Shown piece after piece: positions 24,782 to 32,000 of a DNA stretch of 32,000 nt (within the stretch, counting starts at the first letter, position 1; the number at the start of each line of letters is the position of its first letter). The translations under genes and the position numbers were made by a program. The stretch comes from Thermoproteota archaeon (GTDB taxonomy: Archaea > Thermoproteota > Methanomethylicia > Methanomethylicales > Methanomethylicaceae), in NCBI GenBank assembly GCA_016882195.1, contig VGLU01000010.1, positions 1 to 32,000 on the forward strand. Direction: 5' to 3'. The notes beneath the pieces are model-generated. The model was not told the origin of the DNA. It made no database searches and saw only the letters and a list, made by a program, of their open reading frames with translations.

Positions 24782-25843
24782 CTATTTGGAAGCCCAGACA
24801 TCCAAGGCCACCTGCCACTCCTTGGGGGCGACTGGCTTCACGACGCGCATCCCCCTGATCTCGAGGCACTTGAATAATTTGTCCGCGACCTCCGTGAAGT
24901 TCTCGGCGTTAATTAACGGTTCGTCGGGGGCGAAGATGTAGAGGTGGATCATGCCCCCCCCGCTCTTCAAAATCTCTGAGGCGGTGTCCAGAAATGAAAG
25001 CGAGCTGGCGGGCAGGTTCATTATAACGCGGTCGGCAACTCCGGTCAACTGCTTTGAGAACTCTCTGGCGTCGCCGCATAACGGAATGACCTCTCCACGG
25101 AGTTTGTTAAGCCTGATGTTCTCTTTGAGGAGCTCGATCGCGTCTGGGTTCAGGTCCACGGAGTATACCTTTGCCTTGACATGCTTTGCAATCATCAGGG
25201 AGAAGGGTCCAACCCCGGCGAACATGTCCACAACGGTCTCGCCATCGGAGACGGAGGAGGCCACCCTGTAACGTTCTGAGCCGAGTCTCGGAGAGAAGTA
25301 GACCTTGGAGAGGTCGACCTTGAACCTCATACCGTACTCCGTGTGGACGGTATCGAACCTCTCTCTGCCGGCCAGGACCTCTAGGCGGGGCACCCTGAAT
25401 TCGCCCTCGACCTTGCCGGTCTTCAGGAGGACGGTCTTTACGCCGGGGTGCAGAGCCATGAGGGCCGCCCCGATCTCCGCCTTGTGGGGGAAAAGATCGG
25501 TGGAGAGGGACTCCAGCACAACTATATCTCCCACCACGTCGTAGGATCTGGGGAGCTGTGCCAAAAGGTACGGCGGAAGCTTGCCGTCGAGGACGCCTGT
25601 AAGATCTTTGGGACGGGCGGAGGCGACCAGGAGATCCGCGGAGACAACCTTTATTGATCCCATTTTTTTCAGGGCCGCCCGTTCTTCTGGCTTTGGCCGG
25701 CGAGAGATTGGTATGAGCACTGAATCATCGGTCGTTTTTATCCTCCTCGATCTGTCGAAGAGACCGAGCCTAAGCAGAGTGCGCCTCACGGGCTCTCCTA
25801 CCATCCTCTCTGCCTTCACACAAAGATCCTTAGGCATCGACAA
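24782..25843 (-). CDS. trm5: tRNA (guanine37-N1)-methyltransferase Trm5 family (Met-10+ like)
   Basis: 353 aa. VVDMFAGVGPFSLMIAKH, VDLNPDAIELLKENIRLNKL and the NLP motif VIMNLPASS are characteristic of Trm5/Taw22. Confidence 0.75.
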   Translation of the reverse strand: MSMPKDLCVKAERMVGEPVRRTLLRLGLFDRSRRIKTTDDSVLIPISRRPKPEERAALKKMGSIKVVSADLLVASARPKDLTGVLDGKLPPYLLAQLPRSYDVVGDIVVLESLSTDLFPHKAEIGAALMALHPGVKTVLLKTGKVEGEFRVPRLEVLAGRERFDTVHTEYGMRFKVDLSKVYFSPRLGSERYRVASSVSDGETVVDMFAGVGPFSLMIAKHVKAKVYSVDLNPDAIELLKENIRLNKLRGEVIPLCGDAREFSKQLTGVADRVIMNLPASSLSFLDTASEILKSGGGMIHLYIFAPDEPLINAENFTEVADKLFKCLEIRGMRVVKPVAPKEWQVALDVWASK

Positions 25844-25952
25844 TCAGCCCAGATTTGATTAAATTTCGATTATGCCCTTTTTGCTCCATAGAAAACTCCT
25901 GAGAGTAACTTATATATGCTCATTCTCTACCTAAAGCGAAGATATAGCCCGA

Positions 25953-26822
25953 TTGCCGCAACGGTGGTGCAATACCATTAGCATCAAGTCTTTTATGGGT
26001 GCGTGGAGCGCAACGAACAAAATGCTTTTCAGCAGTATAGCGAGACCCTCCGAGCTGATGAGCATCATTAACAGGTCGCCGGATCTTCACGCATTCCCAA
26101 GGGTTATTGCGGTAAAGAAGGTCTTCAAGAGGGGCACCCCGGCGATAGAGGCAGGTGCTGCCGACGGGTGGTTCTCCTTTGAGCTGGCACCATTCTTCGA
26201 GACGCCCATACTGGCAATGGCTTACACAGATGCAGAGTACGAGGCTATGAAGAGGAACATACGGGTTCTCAGACTTACAGGGCTTGTCTCCGCAGGAAAG
26301 GATGACGCACAGAGCCTTGAAACAGTCAAGGACGGGTCCGTGGAACAGCTCATGCTTGTTGACGTTCTCGAGCACGTGGATGACGACATCTCGGCGATTA
26401 AGGCGGCGAACAGGGTTCTGAAGACCGGGGGGCGCTTCATACTCTCGGTTCCAACGCCTTACTATCCCTACTGGTTCGGCTACGACTTCGACAGGATAAT
26501 TGGGCACAAGCGTCACTTCACCAAGGAAGACCTGGAGAGGAGGCTCTCTCCGAACGGTTTCGAGATCACGGAGTACTTCTACTACACCTCGGCGGCCGTA
26601 AGCAAGTTGATGAAGCTCTGGTACAGGGACCTGAAGGTCTGGCCGAAGGAGTTCGCAGGCATGGCGGGGGGCAAAGGTAAGCAAAGGATCGCCAGCGCAC
26701 TCTCGACCGCTATGCTTCCGGTGCTGGGTGCGCTGTCTGCATACCTTGAGTCCTATGATAAGGAGATTGACGGGCACTCAAGTCTGCTGGTCGTTGCAAC
26801 AAAGGTAAAAGATGCAAAGTGA
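25953..26822 (+). CDS. Class I SAM-dependent methyltransferase (Methyltransf_11-like)
   Basis: LMLVDVLEHVDDDISAIKAANRVLKTGGRFILSVP is the typical post-II/III motif region. Motif I (IEAGAADG) looks degenerate. The start is uncertain (TTG 25953 or internal ATGs). Confidence 0.65.
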   Translation: MPQRWCNTISIKSFMGAWSATNKMLFSSIARPSELMSIINRSPDLHAFPRVIAVKKVFKRGTPAIEAGAADGWFSFELAPFFETPILAMAYTDAEYEAMKRNIRVLRLTGLVSAGKDDAQSLETVKDGSVEQLMLVDVLEHVDDDISAIKAANRVLKTGGRFILSVPTPYYPYWFGYDFDRIIGHKRHFTKEDLERRLSPNGFEITEYFYYTSAAVSKLMKLWYRDLKVWPKEFAGMAGGKGKQRIASALSTAMLPVLGALSAYLESYDKEIDGHSSLLVVATKVKDAK

Positions 26823-26837
26823 AGGGAAGGGGTAAGC

Positions 26838-27254
26838 CTACTCGGTCAGTCGCTTTATTTCGAGGTTGTCAAGGTCCTTGTCGAAGGAGTAGATCTCACC
26901 CACTTTATGCCTCAACATTGCGTTGAAGGCAACGGCATCGCTGAGCCCCGCACGCTTGTCCTTGGCTATTCCTAAGGCTATCACGCAGTCCTCTCCGGTT
27001 ACTCCAAGAACCCTTACATTGTCTGACGCGAGTAGGAACTCCTCTACCCTCAGGGCGTCGTTCAAAGTTGCGTGCCCCTCGACAACATTTGCAAGCTCAG
27101 CTATCTGAACCACGGTGATGAGAACCTCTTCGCCCTCGGCTATACGCCGGACAATCTTTTTGGCGTGCTCCTTGATCCTAGACTCGTGCTCCTTTAACGC
27201 CCTCTTCGGTTTTATGAATGAGTGGACAAAGACGCTTGCGTCAACGAACCTCAT
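26838..27254 (-). CDS. vapC: PIN-domain ribonuclease toxin VapC
   Basis: 138 aa. FVDASVF at the N-terminus carries the first acidic residue, and there are later conserved acidic positions (E..., SDAVAFNAM, YSFDKD). It overlaps the upstream antitoxin gene by 14 nt. Confidence 0.8.
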   Translation of the reverse strand: MRFVDASVFVHSFIKPKRALKEHESRIKEHAKKIVRRIAEGEEVLITVVQIAELANVVEGHATLNDALRVEEFLLASDNVRVLGVTGEDCVIALGIAKDKRAGLSDAVAFNAMLRHKVGEIYSFDKDLDNLEIKRLTE

Positions 27255-27474
27255 GGAGATCCCTCTTTACATGCCGCCAGTCACCGAGGTCAGCCTTTAC
27301 ATCGGCCTCTATGCTGTCAAAGTACTTAGTTACGTCCACTGGGCGGTACGGTTCTATGATAAGTCGCTCACCTTCAAATGAGATGATGACCTTATTAAGC
27401 CCCTTATTTTTAACTCTCCATTTTTTTGGCAATACCAGTCTTCCTTGCCTATCCACTTCTTTAATCAATGCCAT
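27241..27474 (-). CDS. vapB: AbrB/SpoVT-type antitoxin VapB
   Basis: 77 aa. VDRQGRLVLPKKWR is the swapped-hairpin AbrB/MazE motif. It lies directly upstream of vapC and overlaps it. Confidence 0.75.
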   Translation of the reverse strand: MALIKEVDRQGRLVLPKKWRVKNKGLNKVIISFEGERLIIEPYRPVDVTKYFDSIEADVKADLGDWRHVKRDLHEVR

Positions 27475-27568
27475 TCAAATCACAGCAGGCATAGTTATTA
27501 ATGTGCCATTATTTATTTAGTGCTCCAACTTTTGAAGTCGCACAAGCAGCCATCAACGAGTAAAAGAG

Positions 27569-27646
27569 TGGCGGGTCCGGTGGGGTTCGAACCCACGACC
27601 TACGACTTAGGAGGCCGCCGCGCTATCCAGTCTGCGCCACGGACCC
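27569..27646 (-). tRNA. tRNA-Arg(CCT), no intron, CCA encoded
   Basis: Reverse complement: GGGTCCG-TG-GCGCAGACTGGATAGCGC-G-GCGGC-CTCCTAA-GTCGT-AGGTC-GTGGG-TTCGAAC-CCCAC-CGGACCC-G-CCA. Confidence 0.9.
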
Positions 27647-27682
27647 ATTTGTTCAGCCAAAGTGAATAGCGGAGGTCTATAT

Positions 27683-28327
27683 TTATATCTTTGACGGGGT
27701 GATTCGGATCCGCTCATTAATCACGTAGGCAGCCAGATCGAAGACCCTTGCCGTCTTCTCGATCATCACCGAGTCGCTCGTGGCAACAATCTCACCTTTC
27801 TTGAGCACCTCGAAATCAGCGGAGGCGGCCGTGGAGGCGCCACCCCTCAGTCCTGTAGCGGAGAGTCGCCCCCTCACGTCCTTTGAGATTTCCCCAGACC
27901 TGCTGATCAACCTGTCGAAGACGAAGTGCACGTTCTTCGGTTTCAGTTCATTCAGCACGTCTATGATGAGATCGAGCGGCTTGGATATGTCCCCCTCGGT
28001 CACCGTGCCGTGGATTGCTGATATGTCCCTAACGAATCCGTCGTCGCAAAGGAACAGCGGTCTTCCCTTCAGCGCCCCGTCGACCGTCCAAAGGACGTTG
28101 AAGCCGTCGACTGAGAGCACGGACTGGTTAAGGTCAGCTGGTGCAACCATTTTCTTCTGGTGAGCGGAGGCTGCCTCAAGCGGGTAGACTCCCCTGTATA
28201 AGAGGAGGCGCTGTGACTTGTCCAGCACGTACTTGTCGCCCACGAACTTCACGGCGGAAATCCTGCCATAGCCCCTCGACAGAAGGTACCTGAGGTCCTC
28301 CACGGCTTCCCTTCTTACGCTGAGCAT
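27683..28327 (-). CDS. DUF434-type N-terminal domain fused to a PIN/NYN-like predicted nuclease domain
   Basis: 214 aa. N-terminus: DLRYLLSRGYGRISAVKFVGDKYVL (DUF434-like, from memory). C-terminal acidic motifs: LSVDGFNVL, VHFVFD, SADFEV and VATSDSVMIE, arranged as in NYN/YacP-type nucleases. The start overlaps the leuS stop by 13 nt. Confidence 0.6.
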   Translation of the reverse strand: MLSVRREAVEDLRYLLSRGYGRISAVKFVGDKYVLDKSQRLLLYRGVYPLEAASAHQKKMVAPADLNQSVLSVDGFNVLWTVDGALKGRPLFLCDDGFVRDISAIHGTVTEGDISKPLDLIIDVLNELKPKNVHFVFDRLISRSGEISKDVRGRLSATGLRGGASTAASADFEVLKKGEIVATSDSVMIEKTARVFDLAAYVINERIRITPSKI

Positions 28328-31218
28328 GAGTAGCCCTCGACATAGATGGCAGGCCTCAGTGGAGCCGCCTGCCCTGCCTTCTTCTTTGGGTCGTATGAGG
28401 GAGACTCGCCGGGGAAGACCTCCACCTGGGTCCTGAAGTATTCCGAGAGGAAGGGCGCGTTTGCCTTGAGGACCGATATCTCGTCAATCGCCTTGGATGA
28501 GAGGAGCCTCCTCCTCTGCTCCGTGGGCATTGAGACCACGTTCTGGGACATGAATAATACGAACTTTGCAGCCTCCCCTCCTCTGCTCCTGACAACGGGG
28601 TCCTTCATCGCCTCCTTGATGAGGGCCTTCGGGTCTGTTCCACCCTCCAGGAGTGCTACGAGCTTGAGGCATACCTCCCACTTCCAGCTTGGGGCGGCGT
28701 AGTAGCAGATCTTTGTCGGTGTCAGGCCGGTGACCCTGATTATCTCGGCCGTATCTGAGACCACGCTCTTCAGTAGCTCCTCGGAAATCTCAGCAGTCTC
28801 GTCAACGAGCGATGGGACGGCCTTGGGCCACTCGGCGGTGGAGACGAAGCCCTTGTTCCCGAACCGCTCCCAGATCTCCTCGCAGAGGTGCGGCGCGAAG
28901 GGCGCCATCATCCTGACTATGGTCTCGACTGCGTACCGCACCACGCTCTTGACCTTAGGATCGCCGCCTTCGGCGTGTCTCCTCAGGTACCACTGTACGT
29001 CCTGCTGGAGCGTGAAGAAGGCGTTTTGTATGGCTTCCCTGGCCCTGAGGCAGTCCATGGATGCCGTAGTCTGCTCGACGACTCTCTGAACCCTGCTGAG
29101 GAGCCACCTGTCGAGGGCATCCAGTGAGCTGAGGTTCACGGGACCGGCCTCTTCGTACTGTACCGCGAATGTGAAGAACTCCTGGAGCTTGGACCTCGTG
29201 CTCTTGGCGAGTGCCTCGCTGAAGTTCGCGTCTTGTAGAAGCTCCGAGGTTGAGAGTATGGAAACTCTGAGTGTGTCAGCACCGTAAATTCCAACAACCT
29301 TCCTGAGCGGGATGATGTTGCCGAAGGACTTCGACATCTTTTCCCCCTCATTAAGAACGAACCCGTTTACGGCTATCTGCCTCGGCCAGAGCTCCTTGGG
29401 GAAGATGGCGACGTGGTTGAATATGAAGAAGGTGAGGTGGTTGGGGACCAAGTCCCTCCCTGAGTGGCGGCTGTCAAGCGGATAGAAGTAGGAGAACTCC
29501 CGCCGCATCTCCTCGGCAATCTCCCTGTCCACGGAGAGCTTGGAGGGGTCGCCATTACCAAGAAAGACATAGTCGAAGATGGCGTGGTCGAGCTTCTTGG
29601 GATCGACCCTCCTCTCGTTCAGGACCTTGGCTATGGTGTAGAACGCCATATATATCGTTGAATCGGAGAGGCTCTCTATGATCCAGTTCTTGTCCCACGG
29701 AAGTGGCGTGCCGAGGCCGGATCGCCTGGCGCATGCCTTCTCCTTGAGCCACTCCACGACATTCTCGAACTCCACCCTCAGATCCTCGGGCAGGAGGGAC
29801 ATCTTCCTGAGGTGCTCACGGACCAGTGCCTTCCAAGACTCATCTCCGTAGTTTATGAACCACTGATCGCTGAGGAGGTTCACGGTCACCTTGGAGCCGC
29901 ACCTGCAGTAAATGGGGCCGTTGAGGATCTCGAAGAATGAGAATGCCTTCTTTGCGGAGATTAGGTCCTTCTTAACCCCCTCCTTTGCCTTGCTCACGGG
30001 CATACCCGCATACTTGCCGGTCTCGGGCCGCATCTGTGCCATGTGGAACTCCTTCTGATAGAGCTCCTTGGTGGCCTCCTCTGCCTTGGGGTCCATCTGG
30101 TCCTTGACCTTCATCCTCTCCACGACGTCCTGGGCAGGGATATCGGAGGCGCCCTCAAGCCTCGCCACCGGGATGGGCTCCACTCCTGAGAGGATGCCGA
30201 GATCCAAGCCGAACTTCCCCAAAACCTGGGGCGATTTCTTTATGTCCCTGAGGGCAAGCAGGTCGTAGGGCGCGTGGGCTGGAACTGACATCACCACGCC
30301 CGTGGCGTTGTCCGGGTGGACAAAGTCGGCGGGCAGTATGGGAACCTTCCTCCCGTTCACGGGGTTGGTCACCCACCTGCCGACGAGGGAGGAGCCCCTC
30401 ACCTCCCTGCCCACGGAGACGCAGGACCTCTGCTCGCAGAGCTTCTCCGCCGCCTGCCTGCTCACTATCATCCTCTCGCCCTGAGCCTCAACCTCCACGT
30501 AATCGACCTCCGGGTTGATCCAGATGTTTGTCACCCCGAAGATGGTCTCAGGCCTGAGCGTTGCCGTGGGGAGGCTTATGCCGTCCAAGTCGAACTTGAT
30601 CGCTGTGAACTCGCCGACCTCCGGCTCCACATCACCCCTGGTGTCGTGTTGCCCTACGGGGTTCTTGCAGGAGGGGCACCAGCCCACTGGGTGCATCCCT
30701 TTCGTTATGAGGCTCTTGGAGGAGAGCTGGTGGAACTGCCACTCGATGAACTTGCTGTATGCCGGGTCGATTGTGGTGAACTCCCGCCTCCAGTCTATGG
30801 AGAAGCCCATGCCCCTCATTCCCAGCTTCAGGTCGCTGTGGAAGTACTTGGCTATGTTGATCGGGACATCGAAGGTCTTGATGACCTCCTCCGGCACGCC
30901 GTAGAGGCTCCTCAGGTAGCCGAGGAGCTCTTGATCACCAGCGGCGATGAGCTTGCTCTGGGCCAGGATGGGAGTACCAGTGTAGTGGAAAGCCATGGGG
31001 AAGAGGGTATTGTAGCCCTTCATCCGCATGTACCTCGCGTGGACGTCGGCTAGGGTGTATGTTCTGGCGTGTCCTATGTGCTGGGGGGCGTTGGGGTAAG
31101 GGTAAGCCACGGTGGCATAGAACTTCGGGCGCGACGGGTCAGGGTTGGCCTCGAATAGGCGGGCCTCCTCCCAGCGCCTCTGCCACTTCTCCTCCAGCTG
31201 CCGGAAGTCTATGGACAA
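28315..31218 (-). CDS. leuS: Leucyl-tRNA synthetase, archaeal type
   Basis: 967 aa. The HIGH motif is NAPQHIGH, the KMSKS motif is KMSKS (EKMSKSFGNII), and it has a large CP1 editing insertion. TTG start with GTGATA upstream. Confidence 0.95.
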   Translation of the reverse strand: MSIDFRQLEEKWQRRWEEARLFEANPDPSRPKFYATVAYPYPNAPQHIGHARTYTLADVHARYMRMKGYNTLFPMAFHYTGTPILAQSKLIAAGDQELLGYLRSLYGVPEEVIKTFDVPINIAKYFHSDLKLGMRGMGFSIDWRREFTTIDPAYSKFIEWQFHQLSSKSLITKGMHPVGWCPSCKNPVGQHDTRGDVEPEVGEFTAIKFDLDGISLPTATLRPETIFGVTNIWINPEVDYVEVEAQGERMIVSRQAAEKLCEQRSCVSVGREVRGSSLVGRWVTNPVNGRKVPILPADFVHPDNATGVVMSVPAHAPYDLLALRDIKKSPQVLGKFGLDLGILSGVEPIPVARLEGASDIPAQDVVERMKVKDQMDPKAEEATKELYQKEFHMAQMRPETGKYAGMPVSKAKEGVKKDLISAKKAFSFFEILNGPIYCRCGSKVTVNLLSDQWFINYGDESWKALVREHLRKMSLLPEDLRVEFENVVEWLKEKACARRSGLGTPLPWDKNWIIESLSDSTIYMAFYTIAKVLNERRVDPKKLDHAIFDYVFLGNGDPSKLSVDREIAEEMRREFSYFYPLDSRHSGRDLVPNHLTFFIFNHVAIFPKELWPRQIAVNGFVLNEGEKMSKSFGNIIPLRKVVGIYGADTLRVSILSTSELLQDANFSEALAKSTRSKLQEFFTFAVQYEEAGPVNLSSLDALDRWLLSRVQRVVEQTTASMDCLRAREAIQNAFFTLQQDVQWYLRRHAEGGDPKVKSVVRYAVETIVRMMAPFAPHLCEEIWERFGNKGFVSTAEWPKAVPSLVDETAEISEELLKSVVSDTAEIIRVTGLTPTKICYYAAPSWKWEVCLKLVALLEGGTDPKALIKEAMKDPVVRSRGGEAAKFVLFMSQNVVSMPTEQRRRLLSSKAIDEISVLKANAPFLSEYFRTQVEVFPGESPSYDPKKKAGQAAPLRPAIYVEGYSCSA

Positions 31219-31243
31219 GGTATCACACCCAGAGTCGAATGAT

Positions 31244-32000
31244 TCACTTCGCCTTCTTTCTATAAATATCTTCCAGTAGGGCCTTGACCTTCGAGACGGC
31301 TTCGCCGAGCCGATCCAGCTCGGCGGGCGGAACCCTTCCCTGCCCCACGTCGGGTTTTCCTCCTCCCCTCCCCCTGAGCGTGGCTGTTACAGCCTCTGCG
31401 ATCTTACCCGAGTTTGCGCCGGCTTTCATGGCATCGGCGCCTATCATGACCACTATGCTACCATCGGCTCTGGAGGCAAAGAGAGCGACCGCCCACGGCG
31501 CCAGCTCCACAGCTCTGGAGCCAACCGCTAGGAGATCCCCGCTTGAGAGGGCCTCGAAGACCTTGGATACAAACTTGAACTTGCCCACGGGTTCTGCTGC
31601 GGCAATGATCATGGGGCAGATCTCTGTTGCCAATGACCTGCGAAGCCGGTCGAGATCCTTCTTGGAGTCCGAGAGGTCCTCCATGAGCCTTGAGGCGGCC
31701 TTCTCCACCCTCTCCACCGGGGAGTTTATGGTTTTCGAGACCTCCTGCAGGACGGACTCCTCGGACTGGACGAACTTTATCGCAGGCTCGCCGGAGGCGA
31801 ACTCCATCCTCTCCACCCCGTCCTGGATCCTCTCCGACTTCATTACCTTGATCAGGCCAATCTCTCCGGTGTTGGCGCAGTGGATACCTCCGCACGCCTC
31901 CACGTCCCAACCGTCGATCTCCACCACCCTGATGGTGGGACCGTAGACCACACCGCCCTGGTAGAGCCTGACGCCGAACCGCTGCTCCGCCTTGTTCCTG
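31244..32000 (-). CDS. alaS: Alanyl-tRNA synthetase, C-terminal part (editing-domain end plus DHHA1-like C-domain); partial, continues beyond the window
   Basis: The frame is open to the window edge (...NKAEQRFGVRLYQGGVVYGPTIRVVEI...). It has the editing-site motif EACGGIHC, and the C-terminal GGGKPDVGQG is typical of the AlaRS DHHA1 domain. Confidence 0.88.
   Translation of the reverse strand, partial: RNKAEQRFGVRLYQGGVVYGPTIRVVEIDGWDVEACGGIHCANTGEIGLIKVMKSERIQDGVERMEFASGEPAIKFVQSEESVLQEVSKTINSPVERVEKAASRLMEDLSDSKKDLDRLRRSLATEICPMIIAAAEPVGKFKFVSKVFEALSSGDLLAVGSRAVELAPWAVALFASRADGSIVVMIGADAMKAGANSGKIAEAVTATLRGRGGGKPDVGQGRVPPAELDRLGEAVSKVKALLEDIYRKKAK

Noticed and set aside
25920-26777. 285-aa ORF antisense to the SAM-methyltransferase gene
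   Set aside because: The plus-strand frame carries clear methyltransferase motifs (LVDVLEHV...GGRFILSVP). The minus-strand product is Arg/Pro/Leu-rich with no recognisable domain, so it is a shadow ORF.
1-32000. Search for CRISPR arrays, rRNA genes, IS elements or integrase/transposase genes
   Set aside because: I saw no regularly spaced direct repeats, no rRNA-like conserved segments and no transposase or integrase motifs in any of the listed ORFs. The only repeat detected by eye is the tRNA-Phe 3'-half duplication.

Overview
This is a gene-dense chromosomal segment from an archaeon. Archaeal markers present are Alba, ribosomal protein L40e, aEF-1beta, Pth2-type peptidyl-tRNA hydrolase, FEN1, CDC48, the split GMP synthase subunit B, archaeal-type Asp/Leu/Ala-tRNA synthetases and intron-containing tRNA genes. 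The MetV/MetF pair plus tRNA introns suggest a TACK/Thermoproteota-type lineage such as Bathyarchaeia, but that is inference only. Most of the window is housekeeping and strongly biased toward translation: 3 aaRS, 4 tRNA genes, L40e, aEF-1beta, Pth2, TruD and Trm5. It also encodes carbon and C1 metabolism: a glycogen synthase-like GT, GTP-PEPCK, MetVF, and a bis-MGD molybdoenzyme with MobA. Many starts are TTG/GTG preceded by GGAG/GGTGA-type Shine-Dalgarno motifs, which I used to trim several over-long ORF-track calls. I found no CRISPR array, no rRNA, no intact mobile element and no convincing self-contained novel multi-gene system. The observations most worth follow-up are: (1) a 46-47 nt direct repeat of the tRNA-Phe 3' half bracketing an AT-rich ~0.8 kb insert with one orphan membrane-anchored protein, probably a decayed integrative element; (2) an Sm-fold/winged-helix fusion protein just downstream of an intron-containing tRNA-Gly, with no canonical start codon for its full Sm domain; (3) a tRNA-Val candidate with a ~15 nt intron at a non-canonical position; (4) a frameshifted OsmC gene; (5) a 58-aa zinc-ribbon gene missing from the ORF track; (6) a DUF434/NYN-like predicted nuclease overlapping the end of leuS in an alaS-leuS-X-tRNA-Arg array; (7) a CorA-like transporter with GMF in place of the canonical GMN motif. 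All functional calls rest on my recognition of motifs in the translations; no database search was run.
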